A stretch of DNA of 30,386 bases from an uncultured bacterium (GTDB taxonomy: Bacteria > Bacteroidota > Bacteroidia > Flavobacteriales_D > Sanyastnellaceae): assembly GCA_964014525.1 (NCBI GenBank), contig CAXHAW010000001.1, positions 1 through 30,386 of the forward strand. Reading direction: 5' to 3'. The translations under genes and the position numbers were made by a program. The notes under the pieces are model-generated. The model was not told the DNA's origin. It did no database searches and was given only the letters and a program-made list of their open reading frames with translations. Shown here piece by piece: positions 8,977-17,678 of this stretch. Position 1 is the stretch's first letter. Each line of letters starts with the position of its first letter.

Positions 8977-9506
8977 TCCGATGCACTTTTCAAAGGATCC
9001 ACTTGGCTGAATCGCGTCGCCCAGAGGTGCCATAGCCAAAAAATGAACGCGTACACCAACACCGTCCAGGTGTAGTCATGGTTGAATTTCAAGGACTGCG
9101 GCCTGTTGTATTGGATGATGACAAGGCTCACCACCCGCAGCAAGTTGGCGAGGTGAATGAGCACAATCCCCGCAGGAATGAACCACAACTTCCGCTTGGT
9201 AGGTCCAGGAAAGACGAGAATGAACACCGTGAAAAGCGCAAAAAGCACCAGGCCGTCACAGGGGGCGCCAATCTGAAGCAAGCCGACGCTGTCAGCAATG
9301 CCGATCTGCCAGCGGAGCTCGGGGGTGTTCACCTCGTAAAGCCCATATCCGAGGAGCCGAAGGGCACACTCAGAGGACACCACCATAGAATGAATGAGGT
9401 AGTCGTCGACCAGCGTCTGATCCTTCAAGACATATTGATAGACCACGTACCAAGCGAGATACCCCACAAAGCCGAGGCCCAGAAAACGAACGATATCGCG
9501 GTCCAC
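8973..9506 (-). CDS. xrtX: Exosortase/archaeosortase-family transpeptidase, short Bacteroidota type (probably XrtX)
   Basis: 177-aa polytopic membrane protein with the family Cys-Arg-His triad: IGAPCDG, ANLLRV, FNHDYTW. It lies next to a PIDGG-tailed substrate. The subfamily name is inferred from that neighbour. Confidence 0.85.
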   Translation of the reverse strand: MDRDIVRFLGLGFVGYLAWYVVYQYVLKDQTLVDDYLIHSMVVSSECALRLLGYGLYEVNTPELRWQIGIADSVGLLQIGAPCDGLVLFALFTVFILVFPGPTKRKLWFIPAGIVLIHLANLLRVVSLVIIQYNRPQSLKFNHDYTWTVLVYAFIFWLWHLWATRFSQVDPLKSASE

Positions 9507-9519
9507 GTAATGCTTTAGA

Positions 9520-9894
9520 TCAGGCCCGTTTCAACAATGGCTGCTCCTTCCGGCGACGGATCCCCACAATACCAATGCCAAGCCCGCCTGCAATCAAAAA
9601 CCCCAACCCCCCGTCAATCGGAATACAGCCGTTCGGGTCTGTGGGCTGTGGAATATTACTCTGAACCCCTTCAGTATTGTTTTCCCAAAACGTAGCACAA
9701 GGCTGTTGAGGGGCCCCGCAGTTTCCCGCCCCCCCAAAAAAACAGTTATCGGCAGGCTCTAGCGGGTTTTGTTGACACGCTGCAATGTCACTACACAGAA
9801 AGCAAGTGCAGTCGATGCAGCACTCTTGTCCGAATCCTTGATTGCTGAGAATCGCAAAAACACCGAAACACAATAGTCGCAAACAGCCCTTCAT
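9520..9894 (-). CDS. PID-CTERM protein-sorting-signal protein with a Cys-rich ectodomain (124 aa)
   Basis: Signal peptide MKGCLRLLCFGVFAILSNQGFG, then 10 Cys in the mature region. The tail is tripartite: PIDGG motif, a Gly-rich transmembrane helix (LGFLIAGGLGIGIVGI) and a basic cluster (RRRK). ATG 9894 preferred over TTG 9903. Confidence 0.85.
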   Translation of the reverse strand: MKGCLRLLCFGVFAILSNQGFGQECCIDCTCFLCSDIAACQQNPLEPADNCFFGGAGNCGAPQQPCATFWENNTEGVQSNIPQPTDPNGCIPIDGGLGFLIAGGLGIGIVGIRRRKEQPLLKRA

Positions 9895-9899
9895 GGACG

Positions 9900-9907
9900 C
9901 CAAGTTA
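9900..9907 (-). promoter_or_regulatory. Candidate -7 element for the exosortase cassette
   Basis: Minus strand TAACTTGG-CGTCC-ATG(9894): one mismatch, 5-nt spacer. No clear -33 element. Confidence 0.45.
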
Positions 9908-9935
9908 CTTTAAGAGAATAGAGGTGGGAGCGGAT

Positions 9936-9943
9936 TATATTTC
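9936..9943 (+). promoter_or_regulatory. Candidate -7 element for the polysaccharide operon
   Basis: TATATTTC-GCAC-ATG(9948): one mismatch, 4-nt spacer. Confidence 0.55.
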
Positions 9944-9947
9944 GCAC

Positions 9948-12356
9948 ATGGCAGGATTGCAATCAGGCGCTCAAAACAACAGTCTCAAGCAGCTCAGATT
10001 GGCGCTAAAGGTGGCGGCCAAAAACTGGTTGCTTTTGCTGCTTCTCCCCGCTGCCGCATACGGATACGCCCGTTTCGTCACTCACCAACAACTCAATCAG
10101 TTCGGTGCGCAGACTGAAATTCTTTTAGAGGAAAAAGACGAATACGACAAAATCCGTGAGGTGATGGGAGGCACCATAAACAGGCGCTTTCAAGGTAAAG
10201 GGCCTGAAATTTCCAATCAGATTCGAATCTTAAAAAGCCGTGACCTCGTAGCCAAAGCAGTGGGTGATCTCGATCACAACATCACCTACTTCATCGTGGG
10301 AAGGGTGCGAGCACTGCCCGTTGGTGGATTGAGCGGCGTGGAAGTAGAAGCCTATCCAGCACAATTCAGCGAAAATGCCCTCGGAGCAGATTTCAATCTA
10401 AAAGTGCTCAATGATAACCGGTTCATCCTGAGCTGCAATCTCATAAACGGAAGGACGTACGAGGGAGAACACGGGTTTGATGAAATCATCCAAAACGGTG
10501 ACTTCAAGCTCGCGATTCACAAAACCACCGAAAACAGAGGGACCATCCAGCAAGCTGTTGAGCAAAGGCAACGATTCCAAGTTCGAAGCAACAATCAACT
10601 CATCAGCCAATACCGGTCCAAAGTCAGAGTCAGTGCGGTAGGAACTACCAGCATTCTGAAGCTTCAAATTGATGACATCCGTTCAGAGCGGGCCATTGAA
10701 TTCCTCGACGCATTGTCCAATCGATATATCGACTACTCGACTGCGGACAGAAAAGAAACCAATCGCAAAACCGACGAGTTCATCGAAACCCAACTCATCC
10801 AGATTGAGGCCAATATCGACAGCCTTCAAAACATTATCGACCAGCAACGGAAGAATACTGAGGTCATGGACCTGACCCGAAATGAACAGGGTTATTTTCA
10901 AGAGCTCCTGCAACTGGAAACACAACAAGAACAAATCAGGCTGAATCTGGGCAGTCTGATCGCCTTAGAAGGATATCTGAACCAAGGAGCTGAGAACACC
11001 AGCATTCCCCCCTCTGCATTTCTGACCAAAGATGCAGTCGCCGTAGATAAGGTTGGGCAGTTGTATGATCTGCAACTCCAACGTACACAAATGCTGCTTG
11101 ACGTCACGCCGACCAGTTACCAAATCAAGCGACTCGACTCCCTCATTTCGACCACAAGATTCAGCCTGTTTGACTATATCAACTCTGCCCGACGAAAGGC
11201 AGAGCAAGAGGAAGTCAATCTCGAAAGCCGCGTTTCTGCGATAGAAAACAAATTGTTTCGCCTTCCAAAAAGCGAACGTCAAATCCACGCCATTGAACGG
11301 CGCATTAGCATTAACGATCAATTGTATGGCTACCTCCTTGAACAAAGGACAACCAACCTCATCGCTAGGGCTGCAATAACCTCCAACGCCAGCATCATTG
11401 AAGGAGCGAGGGGCATTGGAATCACAGGTCCCAACAAGATAAAGACCATCCAAAACTACGTTCTTCTATGGCTTGCCGTTGCCATTGGTCTGGCTCTTGC
11501 GCGCGTTCTGCTTTTCGAACGACTAGAAAGCGTCAACGAACTTCGTGAGTCCACCAAGCTCCCGGTCAGCGGGGGTATTCCAAGATTTGAAAACGCTCCC
11601 GACAGCGAGTATGTTATCGTCGCAAAGAAAAACCCCAGACACCCCACCACAGAAGCATTCCGAGGTCTCAGAACAAACCTTCAGTACCTGCTCAACATAG
11701 AAGACCAAAACACCATCCTCATCAGCAGCATGCACGCTAGCGAAGGAAAAACCTTCACGGCCACCAACTTGGCGGCCCTCCTAGCCCAAGCAGACAAAAA
11801 GACCCTGCTCATTGACTTTGACCTCCACAAGCCAAGGGTGCACAAAGCGATGAATGTGGACCGTGGCGCAGGCCTGAGTGATTTCCTTATCGGTCAAATC
11901 ACATGGGACATGGCCGTGAAAGCCACGGACATCCCCGGACTGGATGTCATCACGTCCGGACCCGTACCCCCAAATGCATCTGAACTCGTACTCAACAACA
12001 GAACTGAAGCACTCATTGCGGAAGCGCGAAAAACCTATGACTTTGTGGTCATCGACACACCCCCCATCATGCTTATCACCGATGCTTTGGTCTTGATGAA
12101 ACACGTGGACCGAACATTGTTTGTGGCCAACGTAAGACAAGCAACAGCAAGAGGGGTGCGGCAACTAGAAGACCTCCTCGAACAAAATACACTCTCCAAC
12201 GTCAGCATGATTTTGAACGGCATCGTCCCCACCCATTGGCGCTATTACGCGTCCAAATACGCCCAACGGTATTTCTACAGCTATGGTTACGGCTACGGGA
12301 GTTACACTGGATACGGCTACGGCGGAACCCACTACGGCGAGGAAGACGAAGACTGA
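9948..12356 (+). CDS. wzc: Polysaccharide co-polymerase / tyrosine autokinase (Wzc/GumC family, about 802 aa)
   Basis: TM1 (NWLLLLLLPAAAYGY), a coiled-coil periplasmic region and TM2. Cytoplasmic motifs: TEAFRGLRTNL, Walker A SEGKT, A' LIDFDLHKP, Walker B VIDTPP, and a C-terminal Tyr cluster. ATG 9948 preferred over GTG 9924. Confidence 0.93.
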   Translation: MAGLQSGAQNNSLKQLRLALKVAAKNWLLLLLLPAAAYGYARFVTHQQLNQFGAQTEILLEEKDEYDKIREVMGGTINRRFQGKGPEISNQIRILKSRDLVAKAVGDLDHNITYFIVGRVRALPVGGLSGVEVEAYPAQFSENALGADFNLKVLNDNRFILSCNLINGRTYEGEHGFDEIIQNGDFKLAIHKTTENRGTIQQAVEQRQRFQVRSNNQLISQYRSKVRVSAVGTTSILKLQIDDIRSERAIEFLDALSNRYIDYSTADRKETNRKTDEFIETQLIQIEANIDSLQNIIDQQRKNTEVMDLTRNEQGYFQELLQLETQQEQIRLNLGSLIALEGYLNQGAENTSIPPSAFLTKDAVAVDKVGQLYDLQLQRTQMLLDVTPTSYQIKRLDSLISTTRFSLFDYINSARRKAEQEEVNLESRVSAIENKLFRLPKSERQIHAIERRISINDQLYGYLLEQRTTNLIARAAITSNASIIEGARGIGITGPNKIKTIQNYVLLWLAVAIGLALARVLLFERLESVNELRESTKLPVSGGIPRFENAPDSEYVIVAKKNPRHPTTEAFRGLRTNLQYLLNIEDQNTILISSMHASEGKTFTATNLAALLAQADKKTLLIDFDLHKPRVHKAMNVDRGAGLSDFLIGQITWDMAVKATDIPGLDVITSGPVPPNASELVLNNRTEALIAEARKTYDFVVIDTPPIMLITDALVLMKHVDRTLFVANVRQATARGVRQLEDLLEQNTLSNVSMILNGIVPTHWRYYASKYAQRYFYSYGYGYGSYTGYGYGGTHYGEEDED

Positions 12357-12364
12357 CCTCAATC

Positions 12365-14242
12365 ATGTGCGGCATCACAGGCATCCACGGAAAAGCGGAC
12401 GGGTCGGCGTGGGCCACCGCACACCGAATGACAGAGGCTTTGTCGCACCGCGGTCCCGATGCAGAGGGCCACTGGACCGATGAGCGTCAAGTGGTGCTCG
12501 GCCACCGGCGCCTTAGCATCCTCGACACCTCCGACACAGCAAACCAACCCATGATCAGTTGGTGTGGCCGATATGTCATTGCATTCAATGGCGAAGTCTA
12601 TAACTATCGAGAGCTGAAAGAAGAACTCGACTACCCATTCAAAACCACAGGCGATACTGAAGTGGTGCTCGCTGCTCTGCGCGAGTGGGGAGTGGCAGCG
12701 CTGCACCGATTCAACGGAATGTTTGCATTGGCACTTTGGGACTGCACAGAGGAACGCCTCCTCCTCGCCCGTGACCGGATGGGCATCAAACCATTGTACC
12801 TGCATGCATCAGATGAAGGGTTGATCTGGGCCAGTGAAATTCGGGCGTTGCTCGCCTCCAATCGGGTCCATCGAAAATTAAATCAAGCCGGGGTAATCGA
12901 CTTTCTGCGCTACCAAACCGTGCACGGACCCGATACGCTCATCGAAGGGGTAGAGCTGCTCCCAGCAGGACACCTGCTCTGGGCAGACGACAATGAAACA
13001 AAAACCGAGTCGTGGTGGGACCCTGCCGCCGCAGGAGCGAAAGCCGCCAATGATGGACAGCCTTGGACCTACAATTTGGCACCGGCCACCACAAAGGTTC
13101 AAGAGTTGCTCATAGACAGTGTGCAGTTGCGGATGCGTTCCGATGTGCCCTTTGGCGCTTTCCTGTCTGGAGGGATCGACTCAAGTGCAGTCGTGGCATT
13201 GATGTCAGAGGTTAGCGATCGCAAAGTGGCCACCTTCAATGTGGCCTTCGAAGAAGACGAATTCGACGAGAGCCGCTATGCGAGAATGGTGGCCGAACGT
13301 TATGATACCGATCACCATGAAATTCGGCTGTCCGCAGACGACTTCCTCGAAGCTGTGCCCCATGCATTGTCTGCAACAGACCACCCAAGTGGAGATGGCC
13401 CCAACACCTTTGTCGTGTCCCAAGCCACGAAGAAGGCTGGGCTGACTGTGGCACTCAGTGGCCTTGGAGGCGACGAGCTGTTCGCGGGCTACCCTGTCTT
13501 CAAACGGACCGCCGACTTAATGGACAAGCAATGGGCCATGTCTTGGCCCCGTGGCATTCGAAAACTTGTCGGGTCTGCGTATCGCGCTGCATGTCCAGGC
13601 GTCACCGCAGACAAACTCGCCAAGCTTCTGGCAGGCGATGCGCTCGATCCCCCTTCAACCTACCCCATCAGCCGGCGGGTTTTTCTCGAAAAAGAGATTC
13701 GGAAATCGACCCCACTTCAACCCACACAGGACAGCGTGGCCATGTGGTGCCAACAGATTCTGAAACAGACTCCCGCATTGGACTTACCCTTGCTCAGCCG
13801 CATCAGTCTGGCCGAGATGCACACCTACATGCAGCATGTGTTGCTTCGCGATACCGACCAAATGTCCATGGCCCATGCACTTGAAGTCCGTGTTCCCTTC
13901 CTCGACCACCGGTTGGTAGAAATGGCCCTCGCAGTCTCTGACCGCGTCAAGTTTCCTCACACACCCAAAGCACTTCTCACCGCTGCCTTGGGAAACCGCC
14001 TACCACATGAGATTGTCGACCGCCCCAAGATGGGCTTCACCCTCCCTTGGGAAATCTGGATGTGCGGTCCACTCGAGAGCACCTGCCATCAAGGGTTGAA
14101 GGTCCTCGTAGAGCGCGGCATCCTTCACAATCAATCAGCAGACACCCTATGGAAAGGGTTCAAGAACGGCCGCGTCACCTGGTCCCGGGTTTGGACCCTC
14201 GTGGCACTTGGACAGTGGATCGAACGCCATGGACTCTCCTGA
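12365..14242 (+). CDS. asnB: Asparagine synthase (glutamine-hydrolysing)-family amidotransferase, polysaccharide-locus type (625 aa)
   Basis: Starts MCGI (N-terminal nucleophile Cys). Motifs HRGPD, GHRRLSILD, FNGEVYNY, RDRMGIKPLY, LSGGIDSS, LSGLGGDELFAGY, EVRVPFLD, PKMGF. Confidence 0.93.
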   Translation: MCGITGIHGKADGSAWATAHRMTEALSHRGPDAEGHWTDERQVVLGHRRLSILDTSDTANQPMISWCGRYVIAFNGEVYNYRELKEELDYPFKTTGDTEVVLAALREWGVAALHRFNGMFALALWDCTEERLLLARDRMGIKPLYLHASDEGLIWASEIRALLASNRVHRKLNQAGVIDFLRYQTVHGPDTLIEGVELLPAGHLLWADDNETKTESWWDPAAAGAKAANDGQPWTYNLAPATTKVQELLIDSVQLRMRSDVPFGAFLSGGIDSSAVVALMSEVSDRKVATFNVAFEEDEFDESRYARMVAERYDTDHHEIRLSADDFLEAVPHALSATDHPSGDGPNTFVVSQATKKAGLTVALSGLGGDELFAGYPVFKRTADLMDKQWAMSWPRGIRKLVGSAYRAACPGVTADKLAKLLAGDALDPPSTYPISRRVFLEKEIRKSTPLQPTQDSVAMWCQQILKQTPALDLPLLSRISLAEMHTYMQHVLLRDTDQMSMAHALEVRVPFLDHRLVEMALAVSDRVKFPHTPKALLTAALGNRLPHEIVDRPKMGFTLPWEIWMCGPLESTCHQGLKVLVERGILHNQSADTLWKGFKNGRVTWSRVWTLVALGQWIERHGLS

Positions 14243-15350
14243 ATCCCGTCCCGTGGTGCTGGTCGCCATCGACTGGTACTTGCCGGCCTATAAGGCAGGC
14301 GGTCCCATTCGCAGCATCTCCAACCTCGTGGTCACACTCGGGGACACCATCGACTTTCGCATCGTCTGTGGAGACCGGGATTTAGGTGCAAATGCTCCAC
14401 TTCCGGTAGAAATGAACCAATGGCAGACAATGGACAAGGCCCAGGTCCTCTTTCTGCCACAAGCAAATTGGACCAGCGCCCGATGGTCGGAGGTCCTTCA
14501 TGAGGTTCAACCCGACCGGCTTTACCTCAACAGCCTCTACAGTGGCCCTTTTAGCCGGCTTCCATGGAAAATCGCTCGGGCAATGGGCATTCCCACCACC
14601 CTTGCGCCCCGGGGAATGCTGGGACCCGGCGCACTGTCAGTCAAACCCATCCGAAAAAAAGTCTGGCTTTGGATGCAAACCCTCACCGGCCGGTATCGCG
14701 ACATTGAATGGCACGCAAGCACCAATCAAGAGGCTGAAGAAATCCGCACGTGGTTTCCTGCAGCCAACATCCGCGTGGCCCTCAACCTGCCCGTCCCCTT
14801 TGACCCGATTCCGATGTGCAGAGAGTCAGGCCTTGTCCGCATCCTAAGCGTAGGTCGCATCCACCCGATCAAGAACTATGCATTTGGATTGGATGTCGCA
14901 GAGTCTCTTGCCGCGAATGGAACCCGCATTCAATATCGAATTGTGGGACCCATGGAGTCTCCCTCAGAGTGCAACCAACTCAAGGGCCGAAAGTCCTCGA
15001 TTGAACTTGAATTGACAGGGGCCGTGCCCCCAACAGAAACCCGCGACCATTTCGGTTGGGCCGACCTGGTGCTGGTCCCGAGCTTTAATGAGAATTTTGG
15101 ACACTCGGTAGCGGAAGCAGTGGCTGCTGGACGTCCCGTCATCGTGAGCGACCAAACAGCCTGGTCCGCAATGGACCCTGGCCCCAACGTCCGTTGCCTT
15201 CCTCTAGATATAAATTCATGGAACCAATCTGCAGAGAAACTGCTCGCCATGGACCAAGAAGATCTTTTACAAAGCGCAAAGGATACATACAGAAGATGCC
15301 TGCTAGACGCAACCCGCCTTCTCGACCATAAAACGCTATTTCAACCATGA
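14229..15350 (+). CDS. Glycosyltransferase, GT-B fold (GT4-like, about 373 aa)
   Basis: DWYLPAYKAGGPIRSI, LAPRGML, SVGRIHPIKN, and VPSFNENFGHSVAEA (E-x7-E). Start overlaps the asnB stop. Confidence 0.9.
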   Translation: MDSPESRPVVLVAIDWYLPAYKAGGPIRSISNLVVTLGDTIDFRIVCGDRDLGANAPLPVEMNQWQTMDKAQVLFLPQANWTSARWSEVLHEVQPDRLYLNSLYSGPFSRLPWKIARAMGIPTTLAPRGMLGPGALSVKPIRKKVWLWMQTLTGRYRDIEWHASTNQEAEEIRTWFPAANIRVALNLPVPFDPIPMCRESGLVRILSVGRIHPIKNYAFGLDVAESLAANGTRIQYRIVGPMESPSECNQLKGRKSSIELELTGAVPPTETRDHFGWADLVLVPSFNENFGHSVAEAVAAGRPVIVSDQTAWSAMDPGPNVRCLPLDINSWNQSAEKLLAMDQEDLLQSAKDTYRRCLLDATRLLDHKTLFQP

Positions 15351-16093
15351 CCGTCTCTGTCATCACCGTGACCTACAATGCAGCTGACACCGTCTCTGAA
15401 GCGGTGCGCAGCGTGGTCGAGCAGCGCGGCAATTTCAAGCTGGACTACCACATCGTGGATGGGGTATCCACAGACGCGACTCTGGCCGAGATTGCGCCGT
15501 TTGAGGACCGAATCGCCAAGATCACGAGTGACCCCGACCACGGGCTGTACGATGCCATGAACCGGGGGGTGGCCCGAGCAAAAGGGGACATCATCGGCAT
15601 CCTCAACTCCGACGACCGGTTCGCCGACGACCGGGTCATTGCCGATGTCATCGCCGCCTTTGAAGGCACAGAGGCAGATGGCATCTACGCAGACCTGAAC
15701 TATGTCGATGCTGAGGACGGCGAAACCGTGACCCGCCGATGGAAATCAGGACAACCAGGCAACTTCAACCGAGGGTGGATGCCACCCCACCCCACCCTTT
15801 TTGTGCGCCGTGCGCTGTACGAGCAGCTGGGGCTGTTCAACCTACAGTTGAGCAGCGCAGCCGACTATGAGCTGATGCTGCGGTTCTTTCATTTTCGGGG
15901 CGCAGAACTTGCCTATTTGCCCCGGGTCACGGTCAAGATGCGCACTGGAGGTAAATCCAACGCATCCCTATCGAACCGATTAAAGGCCAATGCAGAAGAC
16001 GCCATGGCGTGGCGCTTAAATGGCATTCGTCCGCCCGCTCTGCTGCGGATTCAAAAGCCACTGCGCAAGCTGAGCCAATTCGGAAACCGTTGA
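15347..16093 (+). CDS. Glycosyltransferase family 2 (WcaE-like, 248 aa)
   Basis: SVITVTYNA, IVDGVSTD, DHGLYDAMNRG, LNSDD, PPHPTLFVRR, AADYELMLR. ATGA overlap with the upstream gene. Confidence 0.92.
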   Translation: MTVSVITVTYNAADTVSEAVRSVVEQRGNFKLDYHIVDGVSTDATLAEIAPFEDRIAKITSDPDHGLYDAMNRGVARAKGDIIGILNSDDRFADDRVIADVIAAFEGTEADGIYADLNYVDAEDGETVTRRWKSGQPGNFNRGWMPPHPTLFVRRALYEQLGLFNLQLSSAADYELMLRFFHFRGAELAYLPRVTVKMRTGGKSNASLSNRLKANAEDAMAWRLNGIRPPALLRIQKPLRKLSQFGNR

Positions 16094-16108
16094 TCGGCAC
16101 CCCAAAAA

Positions 16109-17593
16109 TCAGCGAAGGCTATAGTTCGGCGCCTCTCGGGAAATCATCACATCGTGCGGATGGCTTTCCTTGACCCCTGCTGAGGTAATGCGCACAAAAC
16201 GCGCACCATGCAATGCAGGGATGTCCTTGGCACCCACATAGCCCATGCCTGCCCGAAGTCCACCTATGACTTGGTACATCACCTCCTGAACAGTGCCTTT
16301 GTAAGGAACTCGGCCAGAAATGCCTTCGGGCACCAGTTTCTTGAGGTCATCCTCTGCATCCTGGAAATAGCGATCCTTTGACCCCTTCTGCATGGCCTCC
16401 AAACTTCCCATTCCACGATAACTCTTGAAGCGACGTCCCTCATAAATGATCGTCTCGCCTGGACTCTCTTCGGTACCGGCCAACATGCTGCCCACCATCA
16501 CCGAATGGCCTCCGCCTGCCAGCGCCTTTGCAATGTCTCCGGTGTACCGGATGCCTCCGTCGGCAATCAATGGCACGTCGGTCCCCGCCAGCGCTTCCGC
16601 CACAGACATGACTGCTCCAAGCTGGGGAACCCCCACACCGGCAATGACCCGGGTGGTGCAGATGGACCCCGGACCAATGCCCACCTTTACACCGTCAGCA
16701 CCCGCCTCAACGAGGGCCTTGGCTGCCTCTCCCGTGGCGATGTTGCCGCACACAATGTCCGTATTGGGGTAAGCCGCCTTGACTTGGCCCAACATCGCAA
16801 TGACGCCGCGGCTGTGGCCATGTGCAGTGTCGATGATCAGCGCATCCACTCCTGCATGGACCAGGGCCTCAACCCGCTCCATCGTGTCAGCAGTCACGCC
16901 GACTGCAGCAGCACAACGCAGTCGACCAAATTGATCCTTACACGCATTGGGATACTCCTCCAACTTGATGATGTCGCGATAGGTTATTAAGCCCACCAAC
17001 TTTCCATCCGCGTCCACAACCGGCAACTTCTCAATTTTCTTGTCGCGCAAGATTTCCTCAGCACGCTTCAAATCCGTCCCATTTGGGGTGGTGACTAGAC
17101 CCTCAGACGTCATGACATCCGCGATGGGCCGCTGGGCTTCTCCCTCAAAACGAAGGTCCCGGTTGGTCACGATCCCCTTGAGGTATCCCGCCTCATCCAC
17201 CACAGGAATGCCACCAATTTTATGCTCGGACATGATGTTGTGTGCATCCCCAACCTTGGCGTCCACCGGTAAGGTAATGGGGTCCTGAATCATGCCGCTC
17301 TCGCTGCGCTTCACCTTTCGAACTTGAGCGGCCTGAGCAGCGATGGTCATATTCTTGTGGATGACCGCAATCCCACCTTGTCGCGCCATGGCAATCGCCA
17401 TTCCCGCCTCACTCACCGTGTCCATAGCAGCAGCCACAACCGGAACGTTGAGGACAATGTTGCGAGAAAAACGGCTTCGGAGATTCGCGTCGCGAGGCAA
17501 CACTTCACTGTAAGCAGGAACGAGAAGGACGTCGTCGTACGTCAGGCCTTCTCCGGTGAATTTGGGATTGATGTGGGGGGCGTCAGCGGACAT
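16109..17593 (-). CDS. guaB: IMP dehydrogenase (494 aa)
   Basis: [18 protein letters not shown], two CBS domains, IDTAHGHS, the catalytic loop [24 protein letters not shown] and ESHPHDV. True start is MSADAPH at 17593, not 17821. Confidence 0.97.
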   Translation of the reverse strand: MSADAPHINPKFTGEGLTYDDVLLVPAYSEVLPRDANLRSRFSRNIVLNVPVVAAAMDTVSEAGMAIAMARQGGIAVIHKNMTIAAQAAQVRKVKRSESGMIQDPITLPVDAKVGDAHNIMSEHKIGGIPVVDEAGYLKGIVTNRDLRFEGEAQRPIADVMTSEGLVTTPNGTDLKRAEEILRDKKIEKLPVVDADGKLVGLITYRDIIKLEEYPNACKDQFGRLRCAAAVGVTADTMERVEALVHAGVDALIIDTAHGHSRGVIAMLGQVKAAYPNTDIVCGNIATGEAAKALVEAGADGVKVGIGPGSICTTRVIAGVGVPQLGAVMSVAEALAGTDVPLIADGGIRYTGDIAKALAGGGHSVMVGSMLAGTEESPGETIIYEGRRFKSYRGMGSLEAMQKGSKDRYFQDAEDDLKKLVPEGISGRVPYKGTVQEVMYQVIGGLRAGMGYVGAKDIPALHGARFVRITSAGVKESHPHDVMISREAPNYSLR

Positions 17594-17626
17594 GTGGGCG
17601 GATCGGGTGCGGTCAGGATATTCCGG

Positions 17627-17656
17627 CGAAAATAGCCCATAACCCGCTGGTTTCAA
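17627..17656 (-). promoter_or_regulatory. Candidate -33/-7 promoter for guaB
   Basis: Minus strand TTG (17656-17654), a 19-nt spacer, then TATTTTCG (17634-17627), 33 nt before the ATG. Confidence 0.55.
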
Positions 17657-17678
17657 GGCCTGTTCGGGCACCGGTTTT

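Noticed and set aside
11730-11760. Wzc Walker A reading ASEGKT rather than GxxGxGKT, as a sign of an inactive kinase
   Set aside because: BY-kinases normally have a deviant P-loop. The Lys-Thr, Walker A', Walker B and Tyr cluster are all intact.
12236-12364. ORF-track upstream extensions of asnB (and similarly of guaB, the T9SS protein, PPIases and surA)
   Set aside because: They overlap neighbouring genes or precede clear family N-termini (MCGI) or signal peptides, so starts were moved downstream.
17594-17678. Possible purine riboswitch or leader upstream of guaB
   Set aside because: The region is only 85 nt and contains a candidate promoter 33 nt from the ATG. No aptamer-like multi-stem structure or terminator is visible.
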